DNA of 54,165 nucleotides from a virus (Duplodnaviria; Caudoviricetes): positions 1-54,165 of IMG/VR virus record IMGVR_UViG_3300044846_002556; one strand, 5' to 3'. Below the pieces are notes generated by a model that made no database searches, was not told the DNA's origin, and worked only from the letters and a program-made list of their open reading frames with translations. Shown one piece after another: positions 37,584 to 47,406 of this stretch. Both the position numbers and the translations under genes were made by a program. Position 1 is the first letter of the stretch. Every line of letters starts with the position of its first letter.

Positions 37584-37817
37584 ATGCCGATAAATCACAA
37601 TAGCCAGACTCCAGACATCATAGGCACGATGTTCGCTACGACCAGTGAAAAAATTGGAGGGGCCGTATCAGCAGCTGCCATTACATCACCTTTATGGCTG
37701 CAGCAAATAAAACCTTACTCAGATGTTGCTGCGGTTTTTGTGCCTATTCTCGGCTGCATTTATCTGTCCATGCAGATCGGGTTTAAGTTGTGGGACAGGG
37801 CGAAGAACGAGGATTAA
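37584..37817 (+). CDS. Small membrane protein (holin-like)
   Basis: AITSPLWL, TM segment, charged C-terminus. Confidence 0.5.
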   Translation: MPINHNSQTPDIIGTMFATTSEKIGGAVSAAAITSPLWLQQIKPYSDVAAVFVPILGCIYLSMQIGFKLWDRAKNED

Positions 37818-37819
37818 TT

Positions 37820-37996
37820 ATGAAAAAGTGCTGTTCAGGAACCCATGCGGACGGGCGGACGAGTCATGTCATGTCCGTTCATCACGATATGAAAAAGTTG
37901 ATGTCTGCGAAAGCGAATAAGGGCGGGATTGCTCCGAATACGGTGCAGAAAGAACTTAAAACGCTGAAGGCTGACAAAAAACTTGGGGGTAATTGA
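37820..37996 (+). CDS. Lys-rich small protein
   Basis: GAGGA RBS. Confidence 0.5.
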   Translation: MKKCCSGTHADGRTSHVMSVHHDMKKLMSAKANKGGIAPNTVQKELKTLKADKKLGGN

Positions 37997-37997
37997 G

Positions 37998-38171
37998 ATG
38001 GCTAAAGGCAAGATGACGATGGCTGAGTGGGAACGCTCCCCGATGGACAAGAAAAAGGATGCAGCGCTCAAGAAAAAGGGCGTCAAAGAAGGTTCTGCAA
38101 AGGACGTGGCGATGGACAAAAAAGCCCTTGCGGCCTACAATGCCAAAGCTGCCAAGGCAAAAAAGAAGTAA
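37998..38171 (+). CDS. Lys-rich small protein
   Basis: WE.S..D.K.D....K..G.KEGS..D...D. Confidence 0.6.
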   Translation: MAKGKMTMAEWERSPMDKKKDAALKKKGVKEGSAKDVAMDKKALAAYNAKAAKAKKK

Positions 38172-38194
38172 GCCCACCACGGATTGAGTATAAC

Positions 38195-39559
38195 ATGGAC
38201 CTAACCACGCAAAATGCGAAGGTTGTCGAGTGGCCGGAGAAGCTCCAATGCTTGTTCTGGCCGCAGGTCAATGGTATGCCTGTGCGCTATCGGGTGCTTT
38301 ACGGCGGGCGCGGCGGGGCGAAGTCTTGGGGCATCGCTCGCGCGCTCGTCATTCTTGCCGCAAAGCGCAACATTCGCGTTCTTTGTGCTCGTGAATTACA
38401 GAACTCTATACGAGACTCTGTGCATAGAATTTTAAGTGACCAGATTGAATTGCTGGGATTGAATGGCTTTTATCAAATCGAGCAGGCGCGTATTTATTGC
38501 CCGTCTACAGGCTCTGAGTTCTCCTTCGAAGGCATTCGCAACAATGTCACGAAGATTAAGTCATATGAAGGTGTGGACGTTTGCTGGGTGGAAGAAGCGA
38601 ACAAGGTCACTAAAAACTCGTGGGACGTTCTCATTCCGACGATCCGCAAGGAAGGTTCTGAAATCTGGGCTTCGTTTAACCCGGAGCTTGAAAGCGACGA
38701 CACGTATGTGCGTTTTGTCCTGCACCCGCCGAAAAACGCGATTGTGCAAAAAATTTCATGGCGCGATAATCCGTGGTTTCCGCAGGTTCTTAAACAGGAA
38801 ATGTTAGACCTAAAGGCCCGCGACCGGGACGCTTATCTGCATGTGTGGGAAGGCGAGTGCCGGAAAAGTTTGGAGGGCGCGGTCTATGCGGACGAACTTC
38901 GTGATTGCGCTGAAGAAGGTCGTATCACACACGTTCCTCATCATTCTAGCTCTGCTGTTAATCTATATTTCGATCTTGGCAGGTCTGACAGCACGTCAAT
39001 TATCTTTGAACAGTATGTCGGAATGCAAAGACGGGTTGTTGATTTTTACGAGAATAGGCTTAAAGGGCTAGACCATTACATTCATGTGTTGAGAACACGT
39101 CGCGGCTCCACGGGCGAGTTGTATGATTATGGCACTTGCTGGCTTCCTCACGATGCCCGCGCTAAAACGCTAGGATCGAAAAAGTCTATCGAGGAGCAGA
39201 TGCGGGACGCGGGTTTCCAAGTCCGTATTGTTCCGCGTTTGTCAAAGTTCGACGGGATCATCGCGGCGCGGAGTATTTTCCCTACGTGCTGGTTTGACGC
39301 TTCTCGTTGTGAAAAAGGGTTGCTTCATGCCCTTCGCCATTATCATTACGAAGAAAATCCGACGACTGAGACCTTATCCAACGAGCCGGTCCACGACTGG
39401 TCATCCCATGCAGCCGACGCCTTTCGTTACATGGCAATCGCCTCGAATGAAGGAGGCTCGGATGGGCGTAGTCGTAAAGTTGCTGGAGCGTTGAAGCGGC
39501 AAAGCGGTTTGATGGGCAAATTACAGGGCTTTACCGAGAGCCTGGGATGGATGGGATAA
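38195..39559 (+). CDS. terL: Terminase large subunit (PBSX/XtmB-like)
   Basis: YGGRGGAKS, LCARE.QNSI, WVEEA, SFNP, W.DNPWFP, DLG..D, HDWSSH.ADAFRY. Confidence 0.95.
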   Translation: MDLTTQNAKVVEWPEKLQCLFWPQVNGMPVRYRVLYGGRGGAKSWGIARALVILAAKRNIRVLCARELQNSIRDSVHRILSDQIELLGLNGFYQIEQARIYCPSTGSEFSFEGIRNNVTKIKSYEGVDVCWVEEANKVTKNSWDVLIPTIRKEGSEIWASFNPELESDDTYVRFVLHPPKNAIVQKISWRDNPWFPQVLKQEMLDLKARDRDAYLHVWEGECRKSLEGAVYADELRDCAEEGRITHVPHHSSSAVNLYFDLGRSDSTSIIFEQYVGMQRRVVDFYENRLKGLDHYIHVLRTRRGSTGELYDYGTCWLPHDARAKTLGSKKSIEEQMRDAGFQVRIVPRLSKFDGIIAARSIFPTCWFDASRCEKGLLHALRHYHYEENPTTETLSNEPVHDWSSHAADAFRYMAIASNEGGSDGRSRKVAGALKRQSGLMGKLQGFTESLGWMG

Positions 39560-41761
39560 ATGGCACGGCAAGCAGTTGACAGCGAAAAATACCAGAAAGT
39601 CCTGAAAAGAGCGCAGGAGCGGTTCAAACGCTGCGAGGCGTGGGAGTCCTATGCTCGTCGTTTGTTCATGGATGATATTCGCTTTGCGAACGCTGACCCG
39701 GACAATAAATATCAGTGGCCGACAAGAATGTGGAATGATCGGCAGCGCGATGAACGCCCAGCGCTGACGATTAACAAGACCCGTCAGCACAATCTGAACA
39801 TCATCAATGATGCGAAGATGAATAAGCCGGGTATTAAGTATCGTGCGGCAGGCAATGGTGCGACGGCTGAAAGCGCCCGTATTTGGGACGGCATTGCACG
39901 GCATATTGAATATCAGTCGAACGCTGCGGCACACTATGATGTTGCCACGACTTTTCAGGTCGAAGCGGGCATCGGCTATTTGCGGGTCGTAACAGACTAT
40001 GTGGACGAAAACTCTTTCGATCAAGAGATTTTTGTCACGAGCATTCCTGACCCACTGACGGTTTACATGGACCCGGACGCGAAGGCTCCTGCGAAAGAGG
40101 ACGCGAGGTTCGGGTTTATCTTTGAGGATATGCCGAAGGAAGTTTTCGACCAGAAGTATCCGCAGTATAAGCAGTTTGCTGGGCAGGAAGTTCTGGTTGG
40201 AGAAAAAGGCTGGTTTGATGAGGATCATGTTCGCGTTGCGGAATATTTTGAAGCAGAAGATGTGAGTGATGAACTGCTGATGTTTAATGGGCCGGATGGT
40301 CAGCCTATGACGTTGATGGCTTCTGATTTGCGTAAGGTTGATCCTAAGAGCGCAATCTTCGATGACCCCCAGACTCGCAAACGCCCGACAACTCGCCGCA
40401 CAATTCATTATCACCTGATAATCGGCAATCACGTTATTACTGAGGAAGAAAAGATCTGGATTGGCAAGACCATTCCGATTATCCCGGTGATTGGTGAAGA
40501 AACTGTTATTGAGGGTCGTATGGATCGTAAGGGTCATACCCGTGCGATGAAAGACCCTCAGCGTATGTATAACTATTGGGCGTCTGCTGCAGTAGAATAC
40601 GGAGCCTTGCAGTCCAAAACCCCGTGGCTTGTCGGGGTGGAAAGCGTTGAAGGCTTTGAGGAATACTGGGCTACGGCTAATCGCCAAAATCACGCTTATC
40701 TGCCTTACAAGTCTGTTGGAGATGATGGTAAGCCTCTTGCTCCACCTACTCGTGTGGAGCCACCTGTTCCTTCGCCAGTCGCGTTGAAGGGCATGGAAGT
40801 TGCCAACGTCGAAATGCAGATGGTTTCGGGGCAATACGAAAACCAACTGGGGATGCAAGGCAATGAGCGCACGGGTAAGGCGATTGCTGAAAGGCAGCGT
40901 CAGGGCGACCGTGCGACTTATCACTTTATTGATAATCTGGCTATCGCCATTCGTCAGGTCGGCAAGATCATTTTGGATTTGGTGCCCAAAATCTACGACA
41001 CCAATCGTATCATTATGATCCTTGCTGAAAACAATGAGAGCCTTGAGGTCAAGCTCGACCCCCAACTCCAGCAGGCGCACATGCTGGAACTTAATGAGAA
41101 TAATGAGGTCATCGGGCGCTTGTTAAACCCTGCGATTGGTAAGTATGAAGTCACGGCAGATGTGGGTCCGGGTTACGCCACGAGGCGCGAGGAAGCGTTT
41201 AATGCGCTCACCTTGATCCTTACGCAGAACCCCGGCCTTACCAGCATCATTGGTGACATCATGTTCCGCGCTGGTGATTTCCCGATGGCGGAAGAAGCTG
41301 CAGAACGCCTCAAGCGTATGGTGCCGCCGCAGGCGTTGGGTCAAGGTCCGTCGCAGAACGAGCAGATGCTTGCCCAGCAGGCGCAGCAACTGCAACAAGC
41401 CTTGCAGGCCACAATGGACGAACTTGCCAAGGAAAAGGGCAAATCGCAGGCTCGTCTGGAAAAGCGCGAAGTCGAGGTTTACGACGCGATTACCAAGCGT
41501 CTCGACGTGCTTATCAAAAACGTGGGGCTTACTGCTCCGCAGACGGCGCTGGTGTCCGATCAGGCTGTCGAGGAAAGCACCGAAGTTCCGATCAGCGATA
41601 CCTACGAAGGTCATCAGGATCAGATGCCTGGACGCCAGATGTCTTTGGCGCTCGAAGATCACGAAATTCCGCCGGGAGGCTCACGCGGTCCCGATGGTGA
41701 AGTGTATGCCCCGCACCCACAGATGCCGGGTGTGCTGGCCCGTGTAACGAAGGAACTTTGA
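39560..41761 (+). CDS. Portal protein (P22 gp1-like)
   Basis: QWP, RPALTIN, G.GY.RV, KDPQR.YNY, GKAI..RQ.QG, GP.Y.TRR.E; follows TerL. Confidence 0.92.
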   Translation: MARQAVDSEKYQKVLKRAQERFKRCEAWESYARRLFMDDIRFANADPDNKYQWPTRMWNDRQRDERPALTINKTRQHNLNIINDAKMNKPGIKYRAAGNGATAESARIWDGIARHIEYQSNAAAHYDVATTFQVEAGIGYLRVVTDYVDENSFDQEIFVTSIPDPLTVYMDPDAKAPAKEDARFGFIFEDMPKEVFDQKYPQYKQFAGQEVLVGEKGWFDEDHVRVAEYFEAEDVSDELLMFNGPDGQPMTLMASDLRKVDPKSAIFDDPQTRKRPTTRRTIHYHLIIGNHVITEEEKIWIGKTIPIIPVIGEETVIEGRMDRKGHTRAMKDPQRMYNYWASAAVEYGALQSKTPWLVGVESVEGFEEYWATANRQNHAYLPYKSVGDDGKPLAPPTRVEPPVPSPVALKGMEVANVEMQMVSGQYENQLGMQGNERTGKAIAERQRQGDRATYHFIDNLAIAIRQVGKIILDLVPKIYDTNRIIMILAENNESLEVKLDPQLQQAHMLELNENNEVIGRLLNPAIGKYEVTADVGPGYATRREEAFNALTLILTQNPGLTSIIGDIMFRAGDFPMAEEAAERLKRMVPPQALGQGPSQNEQMLAQQAQQLQQALQATMDELAKEKGKSQARLEKREVEVYDAITKRLDVLIKNVGLTAPQTALVSDQAVEESTEVPISDTYEGHQDQMPGRQMSLALEDHEIPPGGSRGPDGEVYAPHPQMPGVLARVTKEL

Positions 41762-41762
41762 A

Positions 41763-43202
41763 ATGGCTAATCGTGACCGCAGAAATGAGGCTTTCCGGGC
41801 TGGCTTTGAAAACCCGTTGATGGGTGACATTGGACCGTTGCAGCGTCTTTATGGCACCGTGAGTGCTATTGGTGAGGAATTAGGCGGGGGCGATATGGGC
41901 ACCCCATTTGGGCAGCGTTTTGCCGAACGCCAGAAAGCGACGAAGGCTGACATCAAGCGTCTGCAGGAACTTCGTGCCAGACACCCAGAGGAGTTCGGGC
42001 GCGGCATGATGCATGCGCAGGAACAGATGGACCCTTACATGCTGGGTCTGGGAACGGGTGCGGTCGGCGGTATGCGTCCGATGGGATCGACCCGCTTTAC
42101 GCCAGCTCCCGGTGAAGCGCCTATTCGTGCTCTTGAAGGTCCGGGTGGAATGCAGGCTTTGCCCGCCCCGGCTCCGCGTATGATGGCTGCGCCGCAAGGA
42201 ATGGCAGAGGCTGCGCCCGCTGCGCCTTATTATCGCAACGTCCCGCCGGAAATGGGCACGTCGATGCGTCCGATGACGCCGTTCCAGCAGAACCAAGTCG
42301 GCCTTTCGACGGGGCGTTTTGGTATGCAGGGTTATGCCCCGGAGATGGCTGTCACGGATTTTGAGACTTACGCTCCGGGTGGCATGGGTCGCACAACCAG
42401 CGGCCCGACCCCGATTAATAAGTTCGACCAGAACATGATGGACGCTTATCGCCGTGGGCGTATGGGCACAGGTGCCTCGCGTGGAATGTATGGTGAATAT
42501 ACTCCAGAGGAAATGGGTTCGGCCATTACGCCTTATCGTCAGGGCGGGCTGGTTTATGAACCTGTTGGGCAGCAAGGCGCTGCGCCTCGGCAGATTGGTG
42601 GCCCGCAGGGTGCGCCGCGTCTGGGTTATGAAAGAGGTCCGATTGAGGGCCAGTGGTCGGAGGTTTATGGCCTGCAGGGTCCCCAAGGTCGTCCCGGTTA
42701 TGGCGGCGGCATGGATTTCGGCGTGACTCGTGAAGGCATGGCGATGTCGCCTACGGGTATGCGTTTTGATCCGCGACTTGCGGCTGCAGCGATTGGCGGC
42801 ACGACCGGCTACATGGCAGGACGTGGCGGCGAGCCTCGTGCAGAGTTGCCCGTCATGGACGTTTACGCTCGTCGTGGTCCCCATGCGTATGGCCCGGAGA
42901 TGCCGCGTAACTATGGCCCGGAAATGTCTTTGATGACGCTTCCGAACAATCCGATGCAGGGGCCTGTCGGCGGCGCAACGCTGCGTAGCGAGAACATGCC
43001 GATGTCGCCAGCAGAGGGCCGGACTGCAAAAGGCAAAGGTGGAAAGAAAGAAGAAAAAGCTGCGCCACAGCAGCAGCCTGCATTTGAAGGCAACTTGAAC
43101 TATTACGTGACGCAGGCTCTTGATCGTCTTTTCGGTCAGGGCGAGGCCGAACGTGGACGGCAGTATCAAGAATATTACGCTACAAACCCCTGGCCGTATT
43201 GA
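41763..43202 (+). CDS. Low-complexity G/M/P/Q-rich protein
   Basis: 479 aa ORF coupled to the portal gene. Confidence 0.7.
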   Translation: MANRDRRNEAFRAGFENPLMGDIGPLQRLYGTVSAIGEELGGGDMGTPFGQRFAERQKATKADIKRLQELRARHPEEFGRGMMHAQEQMDPYMLGLGTGAVGGMRPMGSTRFTPAPGEAPIRALEGPGGMQALPAPAPRMMAAPQGMAEAAPAAPYYRNVPPEMGTSMRPMTPFQQNQVGLSTGRFGMQGYAPEMAVTDFETYAPGGMGRTTSGPTPINKFDQNMMDAYRRGRMGTGASRGMYGEYTPEEMGSAITPYRQGGLVYEPVGQQGAAPRQIGGPQGAPRLGYERGPIEGQWSEVYGLQGPQGRPGYGGGMDFGVTREGMAMSPTGMRFDPRLAAAAIGGTTGYMAGRGGEPRAELPVMDVYARRGPHAYGPEMPRNYGPEMSLMTLPNNPMQGPVGGATLRSENMPMSPAEGRTAKGKGGKKEEKAAPQQQPAFEGNLNYYVTQALDRLFGQGEAERGRQYQEYYATNPWPY

Positions 43203-43212
43203 GGGTTGAATA

Positions 43213-43791
43213 ATGGCTGAGCCCAAATTGCGCGGGGGCGTTTATGAAGCCCCTGCCGGACAAGACCTTTTCAAACTCCAAGAGGAGTTCTATGCACTCC
43301 ACCCGGAGTCGAGGGTAACTCCGGGTGAGAATGTGCTTTATGGTCAGCAAGAACGTGAGCAGATGAATGCCCTGTATGGCACCCCGTCACAGACTGAAAA
43401 CCTGTTCAACACCCTCATGCCCGCAAACTTGCGAGCGGCCTTTGGCACATACATCGGGGGCGATCAGCCTTACACCCAGCATGACTTTACCCCAGAAGAT
43501 CTCGCAGCGATGCGTGAGCATTATTTGCGTGAGCAAGCGGCTTACGCGCAGCATCCTGCAATCCCTGATATGCCTTTCACGGAATATTCTGGGCTCCGAC
43601 ACAGTTTGCCGCCTGTGCAAAGCCTTCCGGGTTTAGGCAACGTCTTGCAATCTTACACAGATCAGAATTATCGCCTTGCTCCGTTCACAAGCGGGGCGTA
43701 TTATGAGCATAGCCCAGAGGGCACTTACTTACGAAATGAGTATCGTGTGGGCGAATATCAGCGACCTGTCCGGGTTTTGCTGCCACAATAG
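43213..43791 (+). CDS. Hypothetical protein
   Basis: GAGG RBS. Confidence 0.65.
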   Translation: MAEPKLRGGVYEAPAGQDLFKLQEEFYALHPESRVTPGENVLYGQQEREQMNALYGTPSQTENLFNTLMPANLRAAFGTYIGGDQPYTQHDFTPEDLAAMREHYLREQAAYAQHPAIPDMPFTEYSGLRHSLPPVQSLPGLGNVLQSYTDQNYRLAPFTSGAYYEHSPEGTYLRNEYRVGEYQRPVRVLLPQ

Positions 43792-43800
43792 GAGCCAAGA

Positions 43801-44133
43801 TTGTCGAGAGAACCGTTGATAAGACTGCCCGGAAAAGGGGCACACGCGCACAAGTTAGTCGCACAGACCGCCAAGGAAATGGCGCAAGAAGTCTATGAAA
43901 AGAACGCTGGTCGTTCAAACGACTTCTACAAAGAATATCCTGACATAAATTCTTATGTCGAAAATTGCTGGGCTCTTTATCTTGATGCGGCTAGAGCCAC
44001 GTTGGCGCAGTTATTAACCACCAACATGGATGAGTCCTTGAAAGAACAGATACATGAGGCATTAGTAAGAGACGCGACATTGCGTCGAGGACGTGAGGGC
44101 GTCCTTCAAATGAAGAAAGGTGCAGGAGCCTAG
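43801..44133 (+). CDS. Hypothetical protein
   Basis: AGGAG RBS, TTG start. Confidence 0.65.
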   Translation: MSREPLIRLPGKGAHAHKLVAQTAKEMAQEVYEKNAGRSNDFYKEYPDINSYVENCWALYLDAARATLAQLLTTNMDESLKEQIHEALVRDATLRRGREGVLQMKKGAGA

Positions 44134-44135
44134 CC

Positions 44136-44924
44136 ATGAACACCATGCAGAAATTCTGGGAAGCCGCGATGCGGCAAAGTGACGGGGAAAGCGGCGCGGC
44201 AACGCCAGAAGCACCAGCCGCTGCCGAAACACCCGTTGTGGCCGATGCGGCTCAAGACACAGCGGTTGCGGGTGAGGCGCTCGGTAACGACGAGTCCATA
44301 ACTGCTGAAAGCTCTGCAAAACCCCCGCAGGGCCTTTTGGATCGCATCGGCCAGCTTACCCGACAGAAGCGGGAACTTGAGGAACGCCTGCAGCAGGCTG
44401 AATATTATCAGCAGCAGCAATACGCTCCGCAGCAGCAGCCCGCTGGCGAAGTCCCGTATGACCCGCGCCAGATACAGCTTGAAGTCCACCGTCAGGCGCA
44501 GGAACTTGCCAAGCAGCAACAGTGGAAAGACACCACTGATAAAATCTGGAATGACGGGCTCGGCAAGTATGGCGACTGGGCTCCGCAGTTAAACAACATG
44601 GCGCAGATTTTAGGGGGCATTCCGACGACCCTCACGGAAGCTGCGATTGAAACTGGAAATCCGCAGGACGTGCTTTATCATCTGGCGAAGAACCCGGATG
44701 AAGCGGCGCGGATTGCCATGCTGCCTCCGACAAGACAGGCAGTTGCGGTGGCGAAGTTGGCGCAGGGACTTAATGCCCCCAAGCGCGTAAGCAGCGCCCC
44801 GCCTCCCATCACCCCGAAAGTGCAGGGCATCGGTGCGGCTCCGGCCACACTTGACGACCCGGACATTTCCATGGAAGAATGGGCGAGATTACGCAACGCG
44901 AGCACTTCGCGTCGTAGAAGGTAG
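44136..44924 (+). CDS. Capsid scaffolding protein
   Basis: Acidic N-terminus, RI..LT coiled coil, YHLAKNP.EA.RI, SSAPPPI.P, SMEEW..R; precedes the coat gene. Confidence 0.8.
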   Translation: MNTMQKFWEAAMRQSDGESGAATPEAPAAAETPVVADAAQDTAVAGEALGNDESITAESSAKPPQGLLDRIGQLTRQKRELEERLQQAEYYQQQQYAPQQQPAGEVPYDPRQIQLEVHRQAQELAKQQQWKDTTDKIWNDGLGKYGDWAPQLNNMAQILGGIPTTLTEAAIETGNPQDVLYHLAKNPDEAARIAMLPPTRQAVAVAKLAQGLNAPKRVSSAPPPITPKVQGIGAAPATLDDPDISMEEWARLRNASTSRRRR

Positions 44925-45083
44925 GCGGGATCACCTTACGATCCCCCCTCTCTGGCCGTGGGGCAAACGGTCTGGGCTGGCCCGACAAAGTGACGGACGC
45001 GGGCACCGTCGAAACGCAGGGGACTCCCCCATGCTTTTTGATGTTAGTAGTAGCGCGTCCGCGCTTAACCAGAGGTCAGTAAA

Positions 45084-46295
45084 ATGTCCAATACAATTCT
45101 TACAATTAACATGATTACCCGTGAGGCCGTTCGCCTCTGGGTCAATACCAACTCGTTCCTCCAGCACATCGACACGCAGTATGACGACCAGTTCGCCATC
45201 ACTGGCGCGAAGATCGGCCAGAGCCTGCGTATCCGCCTGCCGAACGACTATACCGTTCGCACGGGTCCGGTCGCGCAGATTCAGGACACGGCGGAAACCA
45301 GCACCACGCTGACGCTCGCCACCCAGAAGGGCGTGGACGTTTCGTTCAATTCTGCCGAGCGCACCATGAGCTTGGACGATTACTCGAAGCGCATTCTTGC
45401 CCCGGCGGTGAACAATCTGGTCGGCGCGGTTGCTGCGGACGTTATGTCTGGTTCTGAGGGCGGCGTTTCCAACCTTGTCGGTAATTTCGACTCGGCTGGC
45501 AATCTGCTGAAGCCGACGCTGGAAACCTGGCTGAATGCCAAGGCCCTGCTGTCGCAGCGTTCGGCTCCCACCGATAACCGCAAGTTCATTCTGGACCCGG
45601 TTACGATGGCCCGCACGGTGCAGAACCTGTCTGGCCTGCTGAACCCGGCTACGGAAATCTCCGAGCAGTATCGCAGCGGTGAAGTTTATAACGCGATTGG
45701 CTTCGACTGGTTCGAAGATCAGACCGTTATCAAGCACACGGCTGGCACCTATGTCGTCGGCACGTCGCCCACGGTCAACGGTGCGGGTCAGACTGGCACG
45801 AGCATCAATGTCACGATTGGCGCTTCGTCCTTCACGGTTGGCGACATCATCACGTTCGCTGGTGTGAACGCTGTCAACCGCATCACCAAGGTTTCGACCG
45901 GCGAGCTGCAGCAGTTCGTTGTGACGAGCTACGCTGGTGGTGTTCTTGGCATCTATCCTGCGATTGTGCCGCCGGTTGGTGGTTCGACTGTCCAGTATCA
46001 GACGGTGACGGCTTCCCCGGCGAACGGTGCGGCCATCAACTCGCTGATCCTGTCGGGCGTCACCTATCGCAAGAACATCGCGTTCATCCCCGACGCGGTG
46101 ACGATGGCGACTGCCGATCTGGAAATGCCGAAGAACATGCAGGAAGTTGCGCGTGAGCGTATGGATGGTGTGTCGCTTCGTATGGTGACGGGCTTCGACA
46201 TTAAGTCGGATCAGTTCATCACCCGTCTGGACGTTCTTTACGGTTATCTCTGGGTTCGCCCGGAATGGGCCGTGGTCGTCGCGGACATCATCTAA
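45084..46295 (+). CDS. Major capsid protein (P22 coat-like)
   Basis: KIG.SLRIR.P, L.PA...L, A...ADL..P, RLDVLYG...RPEW. Confidence 0.92.
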   Translation: MSNTILTINMITREAVRLWVNTNSFLQHIDTQYDDQFAITGAKIGQSLRIRLPNDYTVRTGPVAQIQDTAETSTTLTLATQKGVDVSFNSAERTMSLDDYSKRILAPAVNNLVGAVAADVMSGSEGGVSNLVGNFDSAGNLLKPTLETWLNAKALLSQRSAPTDNRKFILDPVTMARTVQNLSGLLNPATEISEQYRSGEVYNAIGFDWFEDQTVIKHTAGTYVVGTSPTVNGAGQTGTSINVTIGASSFTVGDIITFAGVNAVNRITKVSTGELQQFVVTSYAGGVLGIYPAIVPPVGGSTVQYQTVTASPANGAAINSLILSGVTYRKNIAFIPDAVTMATADLEMPKNMQEVARERMDGVSLRMVTGFDIKSDQFITRLDVLYGYLWVRPEWAVVVADII

Positions 46296-46304
46296 TCACA
46301 AAAG

Positions 46305-46332
46305 GCTGGGGGCTTCGGCCCCCGCCACCTTT
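46305..46332 (+). terminator. Terminator-like hairpin after the coat gene
   Basis: GGGGGC-TTCG-GCCCCC followed by a short T run. Confidence 0.6.
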
Positions 46333-46347
46333 CAAGGAGCAGGTAAA

Positions 46348-46671
46348 ATGGCTAAAGCAAGACAGCAGTATCTGGGCGTTTACGAAAACATCGACTTCCC
46401 AGAATACAAGTTTCAGGAATATCCGAAAGTGGTCGGATATAAAGACGAGAAAAAGAAAGAGCCCATCATCGTTGCAGATGCGCGTGAGGAAGTGGAGTTT
46501 ATCACCACTGGATCGCCGGGGGCGCATATTTCTCGTGAGGACGAATTGCAGGCTGAACTTGATCGCAAGGCTATGGAACTTGAAGCCGCCAAGAAACAGC
46601 TTGCCGAACTTAAATCGCAGCAGGATAAGGCAAAAGCCTCTGTTCTGACGCCTGCGAAGAAAGAAGGTTAA
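46348..46671 (+). CDS. Hypothetical virion-associated protein
   Basis: EYPK..V....EE motif plus coiled coil; AAGGAG RBS. Confidence 0.65.
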   Translation: MAKARQQYLGVYENIDFPEYKFQEYPKVVGYKDEKKKEPIIVADAREEVEFITTGSPGAHISREDELQAELDRKAMELEAAKKQLAELKSQQDKAKASVLTPAKKEG

Positions 46672-46673
46672 GG

Positions 46674-47402
46674 ATGACAACGACTGCCAATGACATCATA
46701 ACTCTAGCGTTTAAGGACGCTGGTATTCTCGGTGTCGGGCAGTCGATGCTCCCCGAAGATTATAATGATGCGCTGACCCGCATGAACATGATGATCGCAC
46801 AGTGGCGTGTTAAACGCTGGCTTGTGTGGCATCTTGTTGATAAAAGTGTGCTGTCAACGGGGGCGCAGAGTTATACAGTTGGTCCGGGCGGAGACATTGA
46901 TGTGTCTTGGCGACCGGATAAACTGGAAAGTGCTTTCTTTCGAATGCTTCCGGGGTCCACAGGCACACAGTCTGTGGACTACCCCTTACAAATTTTGTTC
47001 TCGTATGAGGACTACGCGAGGATCACGCTGAAAAGCCTCGTGTCGTTTTCGCAATGTATCTTTTATGACTCTGGGTATCCACTGGGAAGAATATATCCGT
47101 GGCCGATCCCGCAAGCGAACCTTTACTCAGTTCACATTATTCTAAAAGAAGTGCTGAATGAGTTCGCAGACTTAACGTCCACTTTCGATTTTCCTCCAGA
47201 GTATCTGGCTGCGCTGCATTACAATATGGTTGTGAGATTGCGCGCTGCGTATCGTATGCCAGAGGACCCAGGGTTTAATGGTTTGGCTGCAGATGCGATG
47301 CAAACGCTGCGTTCTGCGAACGCGCAGATTCCAAGTCTTGTAATGCCGGATAATCTGGTCCGTCCGAGCGTTTACAACATTTACTCTGACCAGACGAGGT
47401 AA
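46674..47402 (+). CDS. Head-tail adaptor (P22 gp4-like)
   Basis: TA.DII..A.K..G.L..G......AL..MN.M..QW; PPEY..AL.YN. Confidence 0.7.
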   Translation: MTTTANDIITLAFKDAGILGVGQSMLPEDYNDALTRMNMMIAQWRVKRWLVWHLVDKSVLSTGAQSYTVGPGGDIDVSWRPDKLESAFFRMLPGSTGTQSVDYPLQILFSYEDYARITLKSLVSFSQCIFYDSGYPLGRIYPWPIPQANLYSVHIILKEVLNEFADLTSTFDFPPEYLAALHYNMVVRLRAAYRMPEDPGFNGLAADAMQTLRSANAQIPSLVMPDNLVRPSVYNIYSDQTR

Positions 47403-47406
47403 TACA

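Noticed and set aside
39521-43226. Long antisense ORFs (519 aa and 448 aa) opposite the portal and the low-complexity gene
   Set aside because: Shadow frames caused by codon bias; no RBS and no protein-like motifs
44990-45016. Hammerhead-like TGACG...GAAAC in the capsid leader
   Set aside because: The core lacks the conserved CUGANGA (C3 and A9 missing) and has no convincing stems I/III
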